A stretch of DNA of 64,000 nt from an uncultured Candidatus Rokubacteria bacterium (GCA_963789955.1 CAWBMV010000006.1:32001-96000); one strand, 5' to 3'. Positions 23,379 to 34,592 are shown, numbered from the stretch's first letter. Translations and numbers: made by a program. Notes: generated by a model not told the origin, from the sequence alone.

Positions 23379-24499
23379 ATGGATCTGGCGCTGACCGAAA
23401 GCCAGGAGATGCTCCGCACGACCGCGCGCACCTTCATGGAGCGCGAGGCGCCGGTCGACGTGGTCGTGGGTCTGCAGAAGGCCGAATCGTCCCTGGATCC
23501 CGATCTCTGGGCGAAGGCCGCGCGGCTGGGCTGGCTCGGCATCGTGCTGCCCACCGAATACGGCGGAAGCGGTGACAGCCTGAGCGACGCCGCGGTGCTC
23601 TACGAAGAGCTCGGTCGCGGGCCGCTTCCGGGCCCGTTCTTCAGCTCCGGCGTGCTCGGCGCGCTGACCGTGCTCGAAGGCGGCACCGAGGAACAGCGCC
23701 GGAGATTCTGCCGGGTGTCGCGAGCGGCGAGCGCGTGCTGACCGTCGCGATCACCGAGCCGAACACCTCGTGGGGTCCCGGCGGGATCACCTTGACGCCT
23801 CAGGGACGCAACGGGAGCCTCGTCCTGAACGGCACCAAGCTCTTCGTCAGCGACGCGACGTCGGCGACCGATCTGATCGTCGCGGTCCGCACGGGCGACG
23901 GCACGACCGACGTGAGCCTGCTCCACGTCGACGCGAAGTCGCGCGGGGTGACCACGCGCCGGCTGCCCGGCTTCCTCTCGTGGCAGTGCGAGGTGACGTT
24001 CGACAACGTGCAGGTGCCCGCCGCCGCGATGCTGGGCGAGGCGCAGCGAGGCTGGACGTCACTTTCTCGGGCGCTCGAGCGGGCGCTCCCGCTGCTGTGC
24101 TCGTACATCGTCGGCGGGTGCCAGGCGGTCTACGAGAAGTCGGTGCTCTACACGCAGACCCGCGTGCAGTTCGGCGTCCCCATCGGGCGGTTCCAGCGCG
24201 TCCAGGACCACGTGGTCAAGCTCGTCAACCACCTCGACAGCGCGCGCTGGGCCACGTGGGAGGCGCTCTGGAAGCTCGACACCGGCCGGCCCGCGACCGC
24301 GAGCGTCCATATGGCCAAGGCCGTCGCGAGCGAGGCCTATCTCGAGGCGTGCAACGCGGCGCACGAGGTGCACGCCGGCATGGGCGTGCTGGTCGAGTAC
24401 GGCCTCCCCGCGCACACGCAGATGTCGCGGACCCTGTTCCACTACCTCGGCGATCCGCGCTGGCACAAGCGCCGGATGGCCGACGCGCTCGAGTGGTAA
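23379..24499 (+). CDS. Acyl-CoA dehydrogenase (FadE27-like partner subunit); frameshift near 23710
   Basis: MDLALTESQEML, EELGR, AITEP, LNGTKLFV, RVQFGVPIGRFQ and HEVHAGMG. Confidence 0.85.
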
Positions 24500-24525
24500 T
24501 CAGGCCGCGGGGCTGAGGGCCCGTC

Positions 24526-25399
24526 TCAGCCGCGTCGCCCGGCGATCCGGCTCGCGGCGGCGACCCAGCCCGCGTCGAAGCTGTGTCCGGCCTCGTCGAG
24601 ATCGATGACGAGCGGCGCGTGATCCGACGGTAGCGGCTTGCCCTTGCGCGCCTCGCGATCGATCTCGACCGCCACCGTGCGCCCGGCGACCGACTTGGTC
24701 ACGAGCAGGTGGTCGATCCGCATCCCGAAGTTCTTGTGGAAGTTGCCGGCGCGATAGTCCCACCACGTGTAGCGGCCCGGCTCGGGTTGGCGCAGGCGAT
24801 AGATGTCGACCAGACCCCACGCGCAGAGCTTGGCGAACGCGCGGCGCTCGGGCTCCGAGACGTGCGTCCCGCCGTGGCAGGCTTCGGGATCCCACACGTC
24901 GGCGTCGGCCGGCGCGATGTTGTAAGTCGCCGCCGAGCGCCATGGCCTCGCCCGGGTCCCGCGATTCGGCGAGCCAGCGGGCGAGCCGCTCGTACCAGAC
25001 CAGCTTCGCCTGATAGAACGGCGAGTCGAGCGAGCGCCCGTTGGGCGCGTAGAGGCTCACCACGCGGACGCCGCCGCAGACCGCCGAGACCATCCGCGCC
25101 TCGGCGAGCGGCTCGTCGTCCGGCACGTCCGGGGTCGTCTGGGGCCGCAGGGGCTGGCCGAAGTTGCTGATCACGTCGGCGATGCCGACCCGGCTCGCGA
25201 TCGCGACGCCGTTCCAGCGGCCCTCACCGTGGTGGGCGAGCTCGTAGCCGGCCTGCTTGAAGGTCGCGGCCGGCGCGTCGGCGTCCGAGAGCTTCGTCTC
25301 CTGCATCAGGAGCACGTCCGGCTTCGCGCGCTCGAGCCACCAGACGACCTTCTCGAGCCGCGCCTTCAGCGAATTGACGTTCCAGGTGGCGATCCGCAT
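24526..25399 (-). CDS. xth: Exodeoxyribonuclease III; frameshift near 24925
   Basis: MRIATWNVNS, MQETK, NGVAI, SLYAPNG, YTWWDYR, MRIDHLL and SDHAP. Confidence 0.92.
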
Positions 25400-25427
25400 G
25401 GTGGTCGATCTCCGCTCCTGGCTCAGT

Positions 25428-26822
25428 TTACCTCGTGGTGAAATCGAAGCCGGGCGGCCGCGGAAGCTCCGGCCGTCGCTCGAAGAGCCGGCGCCAGGCG
25501 GCGCGCGCGATGCGATCGGCCTCGGCGACGATCGCCGGCTCGTCCAGGGTCAGCACGCGCCCGTCCCGCATGAGCCAGCGGCCGTCCACCATGACCGCCT
25601 CGACGTCGCTGGCCAGCCCCTGATGGACGAAGCACGAGACCACGCGCAGCGCTGGCGTCAGGTGAGGCTTTCGCAGATCGATCAGGATCAGGTCCGCGCG
25701 ATTGCCCGGCGCAAGCCAGCCGCCGTCGGGGACCCCGAGCGCCCGGTAGCCGTTCCGCGTCGCCCACACGAGCGCGTCTTCGGGCGTCGGCTGCCGGCCG
25801 TCCTGGCGCCTGACGCGTTCCATGAAGAGCGCGGTGCGCACCACCTCGACCATGTCCTCGGCCATGTTGTCGGTGCCCAGGGTGATCAGGCAGCCGGCGC
25901 GCTCGAGCTCCGCGATGCGGGCGGCGAGCCCGCGCCGCGCGGCGATGGCGGGGTTGATGGCGACCGCCGCGCGCGAAGCGCCCAGGATCCGTTCCTCGTC
26001 CGCGCTCATGCAGCGGCAGTGCGCGGCGACCAGCCGGTCCGACAGCATCCCGGCCCGCGCGAGGTACTCCGTGGGCAGGACCCCGCGCTGCTCCTGAACG
26101 GCCGCGACCTCGCCCCAGATCTGGTTGAGGTGCACGGTGGCGAGCGCGCCGAGCTCGGCCTGGAGCTTTCGCAAGCGTCCGAGGAGCTCGGGTGAGCAGA
26201 GGTCTGGCGCCCACGCCGCGAGGCCCGCCGTCAGCCGGCCGTCGCCTTTGCCGTTCCAGCGCGCGTGAAAGTCGGCGATCCGCGCCAATCCGGTCTCGGC
26301 GAGCGCCGGATCGACCTTGAACGGGCCCGGCTCGCCGATCGACGCGTTCGCGCGGTCCCACGCGCGCTCACAGAGGACCAGCCTCAGCCCCGTATCGACG
26401 AGCGCCCCCGCATAGCTGTCGAGTCCCGCGCTCTCTTCCAGCACGAGCGTCGTCCCGCTGCGGATCGCCTCCAGCGCGCCGAGCAGCACCATCACACGCT
26501 CCTCGTCGGGCGAGAGCGCCGGGAGCGGCAGCGGTGCCAGCCCGCCCGTGAAGGGAGGCGTGTGGGACGGCGAGAGATCCTCGTAGATGCCGCGCGCCAG
26601 GACGCGTGAGAGGTGGGTATGCGTGTTCGCGAAGCCCGGGAACACCGCCCGGCCGCGGCCATCGATTCGCTCGGCGTCAGGGAACTGCGCGCGGAGCTGA
26701 GCGCTCGGACCGAGCGCCGCGATGCGGCCATCGCGCACGGCAAGCGCCGCGTCGTACAGGATCGTTCCGGCGTCGTCGGCGGTGACGATCGTCGTGTCGT
26801 GGATCAGCTGGGTCGCCGCCAT
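25428..26822 (-). CDS. Metal-dependent amidohydrolase (MtaD/SsnA-like deaminase family)
   Basis: PGFANTHTHL, HLNQ, AAHC, LGTDN and GNRADLILID. Confidence 0.85.
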   Translation of the reverse strand: MAATQLIHDTTIVTADDAGTILYDAALAVRDGRIAALGPSAQLRAQFPDAERIDGRGRAVFPGFANTHTHLSRVLARGIYEDLSPSHTPPFTGGLAPLPLPALSPDEERVMVLLGALEAIRSGTTLVLEESAGLDSYAGALVDTGLRLVLCERAWDRANASIGEPGPFKVDPALAETGLARIADFHARWNGKGDGRLTAGLAAWAPDLCSPELLGRLRKLQAELGALATVHLNQIWGEVAAVQEQRGVLPTEYLARAGMLSDRLVAAHCRCMSADEERILGASRAAVAINPAIAARRGLAARIAELERAGCLITLGTDNMAEDMVEVVRTALFMERVRRQDGRQPTPEDALVWATRNGYRALGVPDGGWLAPGNRADLILIDLRKPHLTPALRVVSCFVHQGLASDVEAVMVDGRWLMRDGRVLTLDEPAIVAEADRIARAAWRRLFERRPELPRPPGFDFTTR

Positions 26823-26928
26823 TGCGCGCTACTGTCCCGTGGCGCGGCGCGGCAGTCAAGCCGACGGCGGCGCCCGGTGAGCCCGTGGTATGGTGCGGGC
26901 CGGGAATTCCCAACTGGAGGGTTGAGCC

Positions 26929-27769
26929 ATGCGTGACCTCGTGAAGAGTCTCAACGAGCTGTGCGACAGCGCCGAGTTCGAGGTGAGCTGGTACCTGAAA
27001 GACCTGGCGAGCGGGGCGACCGCCGATCGGCGTGGCGACGTGCCGGTGCCGTCGGCCAGCACGCGCAAGATCTCGATCATGATGGCCGCGCTGGCCGCCG
27101 TCCACGCCGGCAAGCTCTCCCTCGATCAGAAGATCACCATCGATTCACGCTTTCAGGACAACGACTCCGGGACCTTCCAGCACCTGACGCCGGGGTTCTG
27201 GCTCACCCTGCGCGACGCGATGGTCATGATGATCATCGTCAGCGACAACACGTGCACCGGTCACGTCGCCGACGTCGTCGGGCTCTCGAATATCCAGCGC
27301 TACACCGAGGCGGTCGGCCTGACCGGCACGGTGCACCGCTACGGGATCCCGCCGAAGACCGGGCCCGACAACACGCTCGACCGGGTGACGATCGACGACC
27401 GCCAACGACCAGGGGCTCCTGCTCGAGATGATCCTGAACGGGACCAAGGACCCGGCGGTCGCCGCCAAGCTTCAGTGCACGCCCGCGCTCTGTCAGCTCG
27501 GGCTCGACATCCTGTCGTGGCAGAAGCTCAAGACCCGGCTGCCGTCGCTCCTGCCGCTGGGCACGAAGGTCGCCCACAAGACCGGGACCGGCCACCGCTG
27601 CTACAACGACGCCGGCATCATCTTCAAGGGCGACCGCCCGCACTGCATCCTGACGGCCTATACGGTGGCCGTGCCCGATGCGATCAAGGACGGGACGCCG
27701 GGCTTCGCCGCGGCCTACCGGCTGATCGGGCGGATGGCGCGGATGTCCTACGACGGGCTCGGAGGCTAG
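26929..27769 (+). CDS. Class A beta-lactamase-like serine hydrolase with no signal peptide; frameshift near 27395
   Basis: SxxK (ASTRK), SDN, KTG (HKTGT) and NDAGII motifs. Confidence 0.8.
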
Positions 27770-27773
27770 GCCC

Positions 27774-28295
27774 ATGAACGTCGAGGCGAAGCTCGAGAAG
27801 CTGGGCCTGGAGCTTCCGAATCTCGAGGACCTCTACCGGACGAATGCGTCAGGCGCTCACTACATTTCCCACTACCCCGTTCAGAACTTGCTTTACCTGT
27901 CCGGGACCACGCCGAGAAAGGGCGGACAGGCCTACCTGCCCGGTGTCGTCGGCAAGGACCTGACGCTCGAGCAGGGGCAGGAAGCGGCGCGCTATGCCGC
28001 CGTGATGAGCCTGGCGGCGGTGAAGTACGCGCTCGGCGATCTCGACCGCGTCCAGCAGTTCGTCCACCTGCTCGGGTTCGTGAACTCGGCACCCGGGTTC
28101 GGCGACCAGCCGCGCGTGATCAACGGCGCGGCGGATCTCCTGGTGGAGCTGTTCGGGGAGCGCGGCAAGCCCACGCGGGCGGCGATCGGGTGCCAGGGGC
28201 TCGGCGGCAACGCGTCCGTCGAGATCATCGTGACCGTGCTCTTCTCGGGGACGGAGGTTCGCCCGCCGCTCGCCCGCGACAAGTTCGTCAAGTAG
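27774..28295 (+). CDS. RidA/YjgF-family protein
   Basis: LYLSG, GFVNSAPGFGDQPRVINGAADLLVELFG, RAAIG and VEI. Confidence 0.88.
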   Translation: MNVEAKLEKLGLELPNLEDLYRTNASGAHYISHYPVQNLLYLSGTTPRKGGQAYLPGVVGKDLTLEQGQEAARYAAVMSLAAVKYALGDLDRVQQFVHLLGFVNSAPGFGDQPRVINGAADLLVELFGERGKPTRAAIGCQGLGGNASVEIIVTVLFSGTEVRPPLARDKFVK

Positions 28296-28304
28296 GGGCG
28301 ACAG

Positions 28305-28940
28305 CTAGACGCGGGCCGGACGCGCGTCGGACTCGGGATCGAGGTCGGCGAGGAGCGTCGCCAGCGACGCGAGGGACAGGCCCAGGGCGATGCCGGCGAG
28401 CGTGTCGACCGGCCAGTGGGCTCGCAGGATGATCCGGGCCAGCGCGACCAGGGCGATCAGGACGAGACTCGCGGCTCGCACGCTGGTGCGGGCCCGCGGC
28501 GGGAGCGAGGCGGCGAGGTAGATCACCGCGCCGAAGAAGGCCGCGGCGGCCGTCGCGTGGCCGCTCGGAAAGCCCATCGAGGCTTCCTCGGGGCGCGCCC
28601 GGCCGATGAGGATCTTCAGCAGTCCTTCCGCCGCGGGCGCGGCGATCATCAGCCCGAGCCAGATCCACCAGCGTCGTCGCGCCCTCGGGAACGCGACGAA
28701 CAGCCCGAAGGTCAGGGGCAGGAGCACCTGCCAGCTACCGAGGTGGTTGATCAGCCGCGCGACCTGAAGGACTCCCGGCGAGCCGAAGCCGAGCACCCAG
28801 AGCCGCGCCGACGCATCGCCGGGGAACGGATCGACCAGTAGCACGGCGAGGGCCAGCGCGAGGAAGCAGCCGGCGCTGGCAAGCAGGATCCGGCAGGCGT
28901 TATTTCGACGGAGTGAGCTCGGCGCCATAAAGAAGGACAT
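28305..28940 (-). CDS. PAP2-family membrane phosphatase
   Basis: KILIGRARP, FPSGH and ARIILRAHWPVD. Confidence 0.88.
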   Translation of the reverse strand: MSFFMAPSSLRRNNACRILLASAGCFLALALAVLLVDPFPGDASARLWVLGFGSPGVLQVARLINHLGSWQVLLPLTFGLFVAFPRARRRWWIWLGLMIAAPAAEGLLKILIGRARPEEASMGFPSGHATAAAAFFGAVIYLAASLPPRARTSVRAASLVLIALVALARIILRAHWPVDTLAGIALGLSLASLATLLADLDPESDARPARV

Positions 28941-28949
28941 CCAAAGCCG

Positions 28950-29549
28950 TCAGCGAAGCACCGGGGCAGGCCGCAGCGGAGCCAGTAACTCGACGATGAC
29001 CTTTCGAGCGGCGACCACATAGGCCGACTCGAGAGTGATGGTTCCCGGCGTCGGCACGGGCGCCGCCGTTCGGTGTTGGCGCCAGATCTCCTGTCCGGTC
29101 GGGGCATCGATCAGGCTGGCGGTCACCGCGACGATGACGAAGCGCGTTTCCGTCGGGGAGTCGGGCTCCCAGCGGCGGATCTCAAGGTAGAGCAATCGGC
29201 TCTTCATGCCGCTCTGGCGGGCGAGCTCGAGGGCCGACTCGCGGCTCACGGGCACGCGTCCCTTGAGCGCCGCCTGTTGAGTGATCCAGTCGCCGACCTC
29301 GAACCCTTTTTCCTGCAGGCGGAAGCGGGCTTCCGACTGAAGCACGTCGCCGACGCTGACGGCACCGGTGCGACGGATGTACCTGTCGATGAGCCCGCCG
29401 CCTTGGACGAGGAGCGGATCGGCCGTCAGATTGTTCACGGGCATCACGGCGATGGTCCCGGCGATTCCGAGCGGCGCGGATAGCGTCGTGGTCCCGCAGC
29501 TCGAAGACATCACCAGCAGCCCGAGCGACAGGAAGAGGCGGCGCGTCAT
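28950..29549 (-). CDS. Putative lipoprotein (DUF799/GNA1162-like)
   Basis: Lipoprotein-like signal MTRRLFLSLGLLVMSSSC, IAVMPVNN and LIDAPTGQEIW; ATGA overlap with the upstream gene. Confidence 0.6.
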   Translation of the reverse strand: MTRRLFLSLGLLVMSSSCGTTTLSAPLGIAGTIAVMPVNNLTADPLLVQGGGLIDRYIRRTGAVSVGDVLQSEARFRLQEKGFEVGDWITQQAALKGRVPVSRESALELARQSGMKSRLLYLEIRRWEPDSPTETRFVIVAVTASLIDAPTGQEIWRQHRTAAPVPTPGTITLESAYVVAARKVIVELLAPLRPAPVLR

Positions 29550-32086
29550 CGAGGCGCTCCGTCCGATGGCGCCGGGCGCAGACGGTGCTCCATCGACTGG
29601 AGCTGTTGCCGCAGGCGCTCCTGTTCGGATTGCAGGGTGCCGAGAGTCCTGCGGACGTCGGCCAGCTCCACCGAAGGGCCTTCTCGCGCGGCTGCGCTGA
29701 CGACGTCGGGGACCAGACGACTGACTTCTCGCATGAACACGTCGGCGCGTGCCGTGTCGCCGCGCGTCGCCGCGAGCGCGTAACGGAACAACGTGAGCCC
29801 AGCGCGTCGCGCGTCCGCGGCGGCCGGCGTCGGCGGGAGAACTGGCTCGGGACGGTCGGCGAGCTTGCGCGCCAACGCCTCGGTGTAGTCGGCGAGTGGC
29901 TCGCCGATGAGCCAATCCTTGTCGCCGGTCGCGCCCATCCGCGTGAGCCGCGGTGCGAGGAACTCGATGAGGGGCTGCTCGTCGCGGCTCACCGGGCCGT
30001 CCGGGATCACGCCCGGCGACGATGACAGGTCGCCGAGATAGAGCATCGCGATCGCGAGCGGGGCGGTGAGGAGCGAATCGCGGCTCCAGTCCGGGAGTAT
30101 GCCGAGCCGCTGAGCCATGTGGTCGAGGTCCACGCGAAGCGGTTGCCGGCTGCCGATGAGGCCGAGCACCGGGCGATTCGGGTAGAAATCGTTGCGCCAC
30201 AGCGTGACATGCGGAAACGCCGTCATGAACGTCCGCGCGATGATCTCGAACTCTTCCCGCGTGAGCTGGTAGAGCGGCAGCCACTGGCAGAACAGGCCGC
30301 TGTCGCTCAGCCGGCGCGCCGCCGTCCGGTACATGTCGACCGAGTAGAGATTGCCGGTCGAGGCGTGCCAGGGAATGAACAAGTCCGACACGATGACGTC
30401 GAACCGCGCGTCGCTGGCGGCGAGATAGCGCCGGCCGTCGTCGACCACCAGCCGCACGTCGCGCCGATCCAGCAGGCCGGCGTTCCATTTGCTGAAATGC
30501 TTCTGGGCCAGCACGGCGACCTCGGGAACGACCTCGACGACCGTAACGTCGTCGACCTTCAGCGCGATGGCCGCACTCGCACTGATGCCGGTGGCCATGC
30601 CGATGAAGGCTATCCGACGCGGCGACGGATGCAACAGCAGGGGGATCAGTCCGAGCCGGCGCTCGTTGCGCTCGGCCGCGCTGCCGCCGAGCACGTAGTA
30701 GTTATCCAGCCGCAGCTGGCGATCGTCGCCGGTGTCGACGACGCTCACGATGCCGGACGGGCTCTCGAGCAGAGCCTGTACGGTCTCACCCGGATTCAGG
30801 AAAGTCAGCGGCGCGCGGAGCGGATCGGCGACGACGACCAGAACGAGGCCCGCGTAAGCGAGCCAGCGCATACGGCGATCGATGTCGACGAGAAAGGCGG
30901 CGAGCAAGAGGGAGACGACGGCGGCCAGCAGGAATCCCGCGCGCACCCCGAGCCAGGGCAGCACCGCGAACCCTGCCGCGACCGCACCGCCGATGCCGCC
31001 GACGAGGTTGGCACTCGTCAACCCGCCGACCGGACGCGCGGAGCTGTCGCGCTCGCCGACCGCGGCCCACAGCGCCGGCAGCACGACACCCGAGGCGAGC
31101 GTCGCCGGTCCGGCAGTCAGGACGACGAGTCCCACGATGCGCGCGACGTATTCGACCAACCCTGACTGCATGCCCACGTATCGCAAGCCGCCGGTCAGGT
31201 GGACGAAGGCCCACACGCCCGCGATCGTCGCGAGGCCCGCGAGGAGGAGACCGGCTCCGGCGAGACGCCTCGGCGCGAGGCGACGAAGAAGAAGGGCCGA
31301 CAGCTCGGCGCCGGCGGCGAGCGCGAGGAGGAATACCAAGGTCACTGCGGCGAACGAATAGACCGAGTTGTGCAGTACCTGAGCGAAGAGAACGACCCAG
31401 AGGATCTCCAGGCTCATGCCGACGAACCCGAGGCCCAGCGCGACCAGTAGGAGCGAGCGCGGCGCCGATATCGTCGCGACGGCGGAGCGCGGCGCGTCAG
31501 GTTCGGACGCATCACCGATCGCCAGCGCGACGCCGCCGGCCAGGGCGCTCGCCGCGGCGGCCACGAAGTAGCAGGCCGTAACCCCGATCAGCGCCGGGAG
31601 GCCAAACCCCATCGCCGCGACGCCGATCGCGCCGCCGAGGGTGTTCAGGGCATAGAGCGCACCGCCGCGTCGCCCGACCAGGTCAGGCGCGGCAAGTGCC
31701 TGGCAGAGCGTCGGCAAGGTGGCGCCCAGCGCGGCCGTAACGGGCACCACGATGAGCGCGACGACCGCCACGCGGCCGACCGGGCCGACGGCGATCAGCG
31801 CCCGCTGCGCACCATCGGACGCGAGCAGGGAGAACGCGGCCCACGACAGCACGGCGCCGCCGCTCGCCGTCAACTCGAGTAAGGCGTAGCGCCGAACGGG
31901 CCGGAGTGGCGCGAGTCGCGCGAGCCAGGCGCCGGCGCCGAGCCCGGCGAAATAGGCCGCGACGACCGTCGCCGTCGTCACGGCCGTCGCGCCGAGCACG
32001 AGACCGGCCGAGCGGAGCCACAGAAGCTCGAGGCCGAGTGCACTCGCGCCGGAGAGCGCGAAGCACGCCCAGAGCAGCTTGTTCAC
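29546..32086 (-). CDS. Fused MFS-like membrane domain / spermidine synthase-like SAM-dependent transferase
   Basis: Multi-TM N-terminal half, then FIGMATG, VEVVPEV, DDGRRYL, FDVIVSD and GLFCQWLP. Confidence 0.85.
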   Translation of the reverse strand: MNKLLWACFALSGASALGLELLWLRSAGLVLGATAVTTATVVAAYFAGLGAGAWLARLAPLRPVRRYALLELTASGGAVLSWAAFSLLASDGAQRALIAVGPVGRVAVVALIVVPVTAALGATLPTLCQALAAPDLVGRRGGALYALNTLGGAIGVAAMGFGLPALIGVTACYFVAAAASALAGGVALAIGDASEPDAPRSAVATISAPRSLLLVALGLGFVGMSLEILWVVLFAQVLHNSVYSFAAVTLVFLLALAAGAELSALLLRRLAPRRLAGAGLLLAGLATIAGVWAFVHLTGGLRYVGMQSGLVEYVARIVGLVVLTAGPATLASGVVLPALWAAVGERDSSARPVGGLTSANLVGGIGGAVAAGFAVLPWLGVRAGFLLAAVVSLLLAAFLVDIDRRMRWLAYAGLVLVVVADPLRAPLTFLNPGETVQALLESPSGIVSVVDTGDDRQLRLDNYYVLGGSAAERNERRLGLIPLLLHPSPRRIAFIGMATGISASAAIALKVDDVTVVEVVPEVAVLAQKHFSKWNAGLLDRRDVRLVVDDGRRYLAASDARFDVIVSDLFIPWHASTGNLYSVDMYRTAARRLSDSGLFCQWLPLYQLTREEFEIIARTFMTAFPHVTLWRNDFYPNRPVLGLIGSRQPLRVDLDHMAQRLGILPDWSRDSLLTAPLAIAMLYLGDLSSSPGVIPDGPVSRDEQPLIEFLAPRLTRMGATGDKDWLIGEPLADYTEALARKLADRPEPVLPPTPAAADARRAGLTLFRYALAATRGDTARADVFMREVSRLVPDVVSAAAREGPSVELADVRRTLGTLQSEQERLRQQLQSMEHRLRPAPSDGAPR

Positions 32087-32964
32087 GCCGGGCGGAACCT
32101 GAGCGCCTGTCGGAGCCGGACCGCGCTACCGACGACGACAAGCACGGCGGCGCTCACGGCCACTTCGGCGGGGCCGAGCGGCATGTCATAGCGATACGCC
32201 GCGCAGAAGCCGACGAACGCGGTGACGCCTCCGATCGCCGCCGAGGCGATCGAGAAGGTCAGCATTCGCCGCGTGACGAGGCGCGCGGTGAGCGGCGGCG
32301 CCAGCAGGAATCCGAACGTCACGAGGGGGCCGGCCGCAAGAACGCCGAATGAGATCGTGAGGCCGCACAGGACGTAGAGCGTCGTGTCCCAGACGGTGGT
32401 CGACTTGCCGAAAACCACGGCGAGATCCCGGTCGAACGAGACGAGCAGAAATTCCTTCTGGAAGACGAGGAGGACCACGACGACGAGGCCGAGGACGACG
32501 CCGAGAAACGCCACACTCTTCTCGGTCGCGGCCAGGAGCTCGCCCTTGAGTAGATTCACGATGTGCGCCTCACCCCAGGGGTCGGCCGCCAGGAACAGGA
32601 TCGTGAGGGCGCCGGCGATCGCGTAGACCATGCCGATGCGCGCCTCGACGATCCCCCGCCCGCGCCGCTCCAGCGCCGCCAGGGTGAGGATCCCGATGAG
32701 CGTGAAGGCGGTGGCCCCGACCCGGGCCATGATGGAATCGCTGGCCCCTCCGTGGGGATGGGGCCCGACGATCGTGCGATGCATGAGGAGCGCGAAGGCG
32801 ATGCCGGCGGCGGAGAGCTGCGGAAGGGCGACCCCGAGGAAGATCATGCGGCGCAGGACGAAGTAGACACCGACGAGCGGACAGACGACGCCGACCAGGA
32901 CGCTGGCGACCAGCGCGTCGCGCAGGAGGAACCCGGGCCGCAATACCTCGAGGACCGTGCTCAT
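32083..32964 (-). CDS. Zn/Mn-type metal ABC transporter permease
   Basis: GVYFVLRRMIFLGVAL, LLVSFDRDLA, FLLAPP and YDMPLGP; hydrophobic. Confidence 0.88.
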   Translation of the reverse strand: MSTVLEVLRPGFLLRDALVASVLVGVVCPLVGVYFVLRRMIFLGVALPQLSAAGIAFALLMHRTIVGPHPHGGASDSIMARVGATAFTLIGILTLAALERRGRGIVEARIGMVYAIAGALTILFLAADPWGEAHIVNLLKGELLAATEKSVAFLGVVLGLVVVVLLVFQKEFLLVSFDRDLAVVFGKSTTVWDTTLYVLCGLTISFGVLAAGPLVTFGFLLAPPLTARLVTRRMLTFSIASAAIGGVTAFVGFCAAYRYDMPLGPAEVAVSAAVLVVVGSAVRLRQALRFRPA

Positions 32965-33659
32965 GCGCTCGACGGCACCCCCAGGTCGGCCGCGGCCATC
33001 ACGTCTTCGACCCGGCGCCGGGCGACGCGCCCATCCTGCACCCAGAACACCCCGGTGGCGAGGCCCTGCAGCATCCGCGGCTGGTGCGTGACGAGCAGCA
33101 CCGTCAGGCCCGCGTCCCGGTTGAGCCGGCTGAGGACGCCCATGATCGTCGCGGTCGCCTCCGCGTCGACGCCCGCCGTGGGCTCGTCGAGGAGAAGGAA
33201 GCTCGGCTCGGCGGCGAGCGCGCGCGCGATCAGCGCCCGCTGGGTCTGACCGCCTGAGAGCGAGGCGAACCGCTGTTGCGCAATCGCGCCGAGCCCGACC
33301 AGGTCCAGGGCCTCCGAGGCCCGTCTGCGCTCGGCCCGCCCGACACGCCGCCATGGCGCAAGGCGCGCGTATGTGCCCATCAGGACGACCTCGAAGACCG
33401 TCAGCGGAAAGCTCGGATCGAGCGACTCCCGCTGAGGCACGTAGCCGAGCGGGCTCGCGGCGCGGTCGAAGCCGTACTCGAGGGTGCCCTGGCTGACCGG
33501 CATGAGTCCGACGATCCCGCGCAGGAGGGTCGTCTTGCCTGCGCCGTTGGGTCCCAGCAGCGCGACGAATTCGCCGCGCTCGATCTCGAGGCTGACGTGC
33601 TCGAGGACCTGCCGATTCCCGTACCCGAGGCTGACGTTACGGAGTCGCAGAAGGCACAA
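32961..33659 (-). CDS. Metal ABC transporter ATP-binding protein
   Basis: GPNGAGKTT, GYVPQ, LSGGQTQR, LLDEPTAGVD and VTH. Confidence 0.92.
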   Translation of the reverse strand: MCLLRLRNVSLGYGNRQVLEHVSLEIERGEFVALLGPNGAGKTTLLRGIVGLMPVSQGTLEYGFDRAASPLGYVPQRESLDPSFPLTVFEVVLMGTYARLAPWRRVGRAERRRASEALDLVGLGAIAQQRFASLSGGQTQRALIARALAAEPSFLLLDEPTAGVDAEATATIMGVLSRLNRDAGLTVLLVTHQPRMLQGLATGVFWVQDGRVARRRVEDVMAAADLGVPSSA

Positions 33660-34583
33660 GAAGGGCCGCCGAGCCTCCTGTCACCGCTTTGACCAGGGTG
33701 CGGACATTGTAGTCAATGAGGTCGATATAGTCCTTGGCCTCGGGCACTCCGCGGACCATGGCCGGCAGCTCGACCAGCTTCGCCCCGGTGGACTTGGCCA
33801 CCGTCTCGGCGAGCCCGGCCGGATAATGCAGCTCGCGGATGACGATCTCGACCTTGGCCTGACGCATGCGCTCGATGAGCTCGGCGACGTGCGCCGGGGT
33901 GGGATCGACGCCCGGCCGAATCTCGATCGTCCCGAACTGGATCATCCCGAAGCGTTCGGCGAAGTAGATCATGTCCGGGTGATACGCCACGAATTTCTTG
34001 CCCTTCAACGGCGCGGCCTCACGCTGCCAGCGAACGATCGCCTCGTCGAGCTTTGCGTTGTAGGCGTCCCCGTTCTTCTTGAAGACCGCCGCATGCTCCG
34101 GGTCGAGACGGGAGAGACCGTCGACGATCGCCCGGACGATGTTCTTGCCATTACCGGGGTCGAGATTGAAATGGGGGTTGCCCATCGGATGAACGTCGCC
34201 GAGGGAACGATCGAGACGGGTGGGCACCTCGAGCGGCGTGACGTAGACGGAGCAGTCGATGTAGCCCGGCATGTCACGCTGGATCTTCGGGTTCCGACTG
34301 GCCTCGAGCAGAGCCGGAAGGAACGCATGCTCGGCCTCGAGCCCCATCAGGATCACGCCGTCGGCGCGATTGAGCAGGACCGCGAAGCTCGGCTTCATCG
34401 GGACCGCGTGGATGTCCTCGACGCCGGTCGCGAGGCTCGCGACGTCGACGAAGTCGCCGCCGACGTTGCGGGTGATGTCGGCCAGATCCGGGATGGTCGT
34501 CACGATCCGTAGCTTCTTGGCCGCGTCGGCGCCGCCGGGAAGCAGCACGGTCGCGACGAGAATGACGAGCAGAAATCTCTCAT
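33637..34583 (-). CDS. Metal ABC transporter substrate-binding protein (ZnuA/TroA cluster); frameshift in the signal peptide
   Basis: VTTIPDLADI, EDIH, GDVHPMGNPH, AYH, YFAERFG and PTPAH. Confidence 0.9.
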
Positions 34584-34592
34584 GATATCTCC

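Noticed and set aside
26929..27769. Antibiotic resistance beta-lactamase call
   Set aside because: No signal peptide and no evident Glu166 equivalent; kept only as a serine hydrolase.
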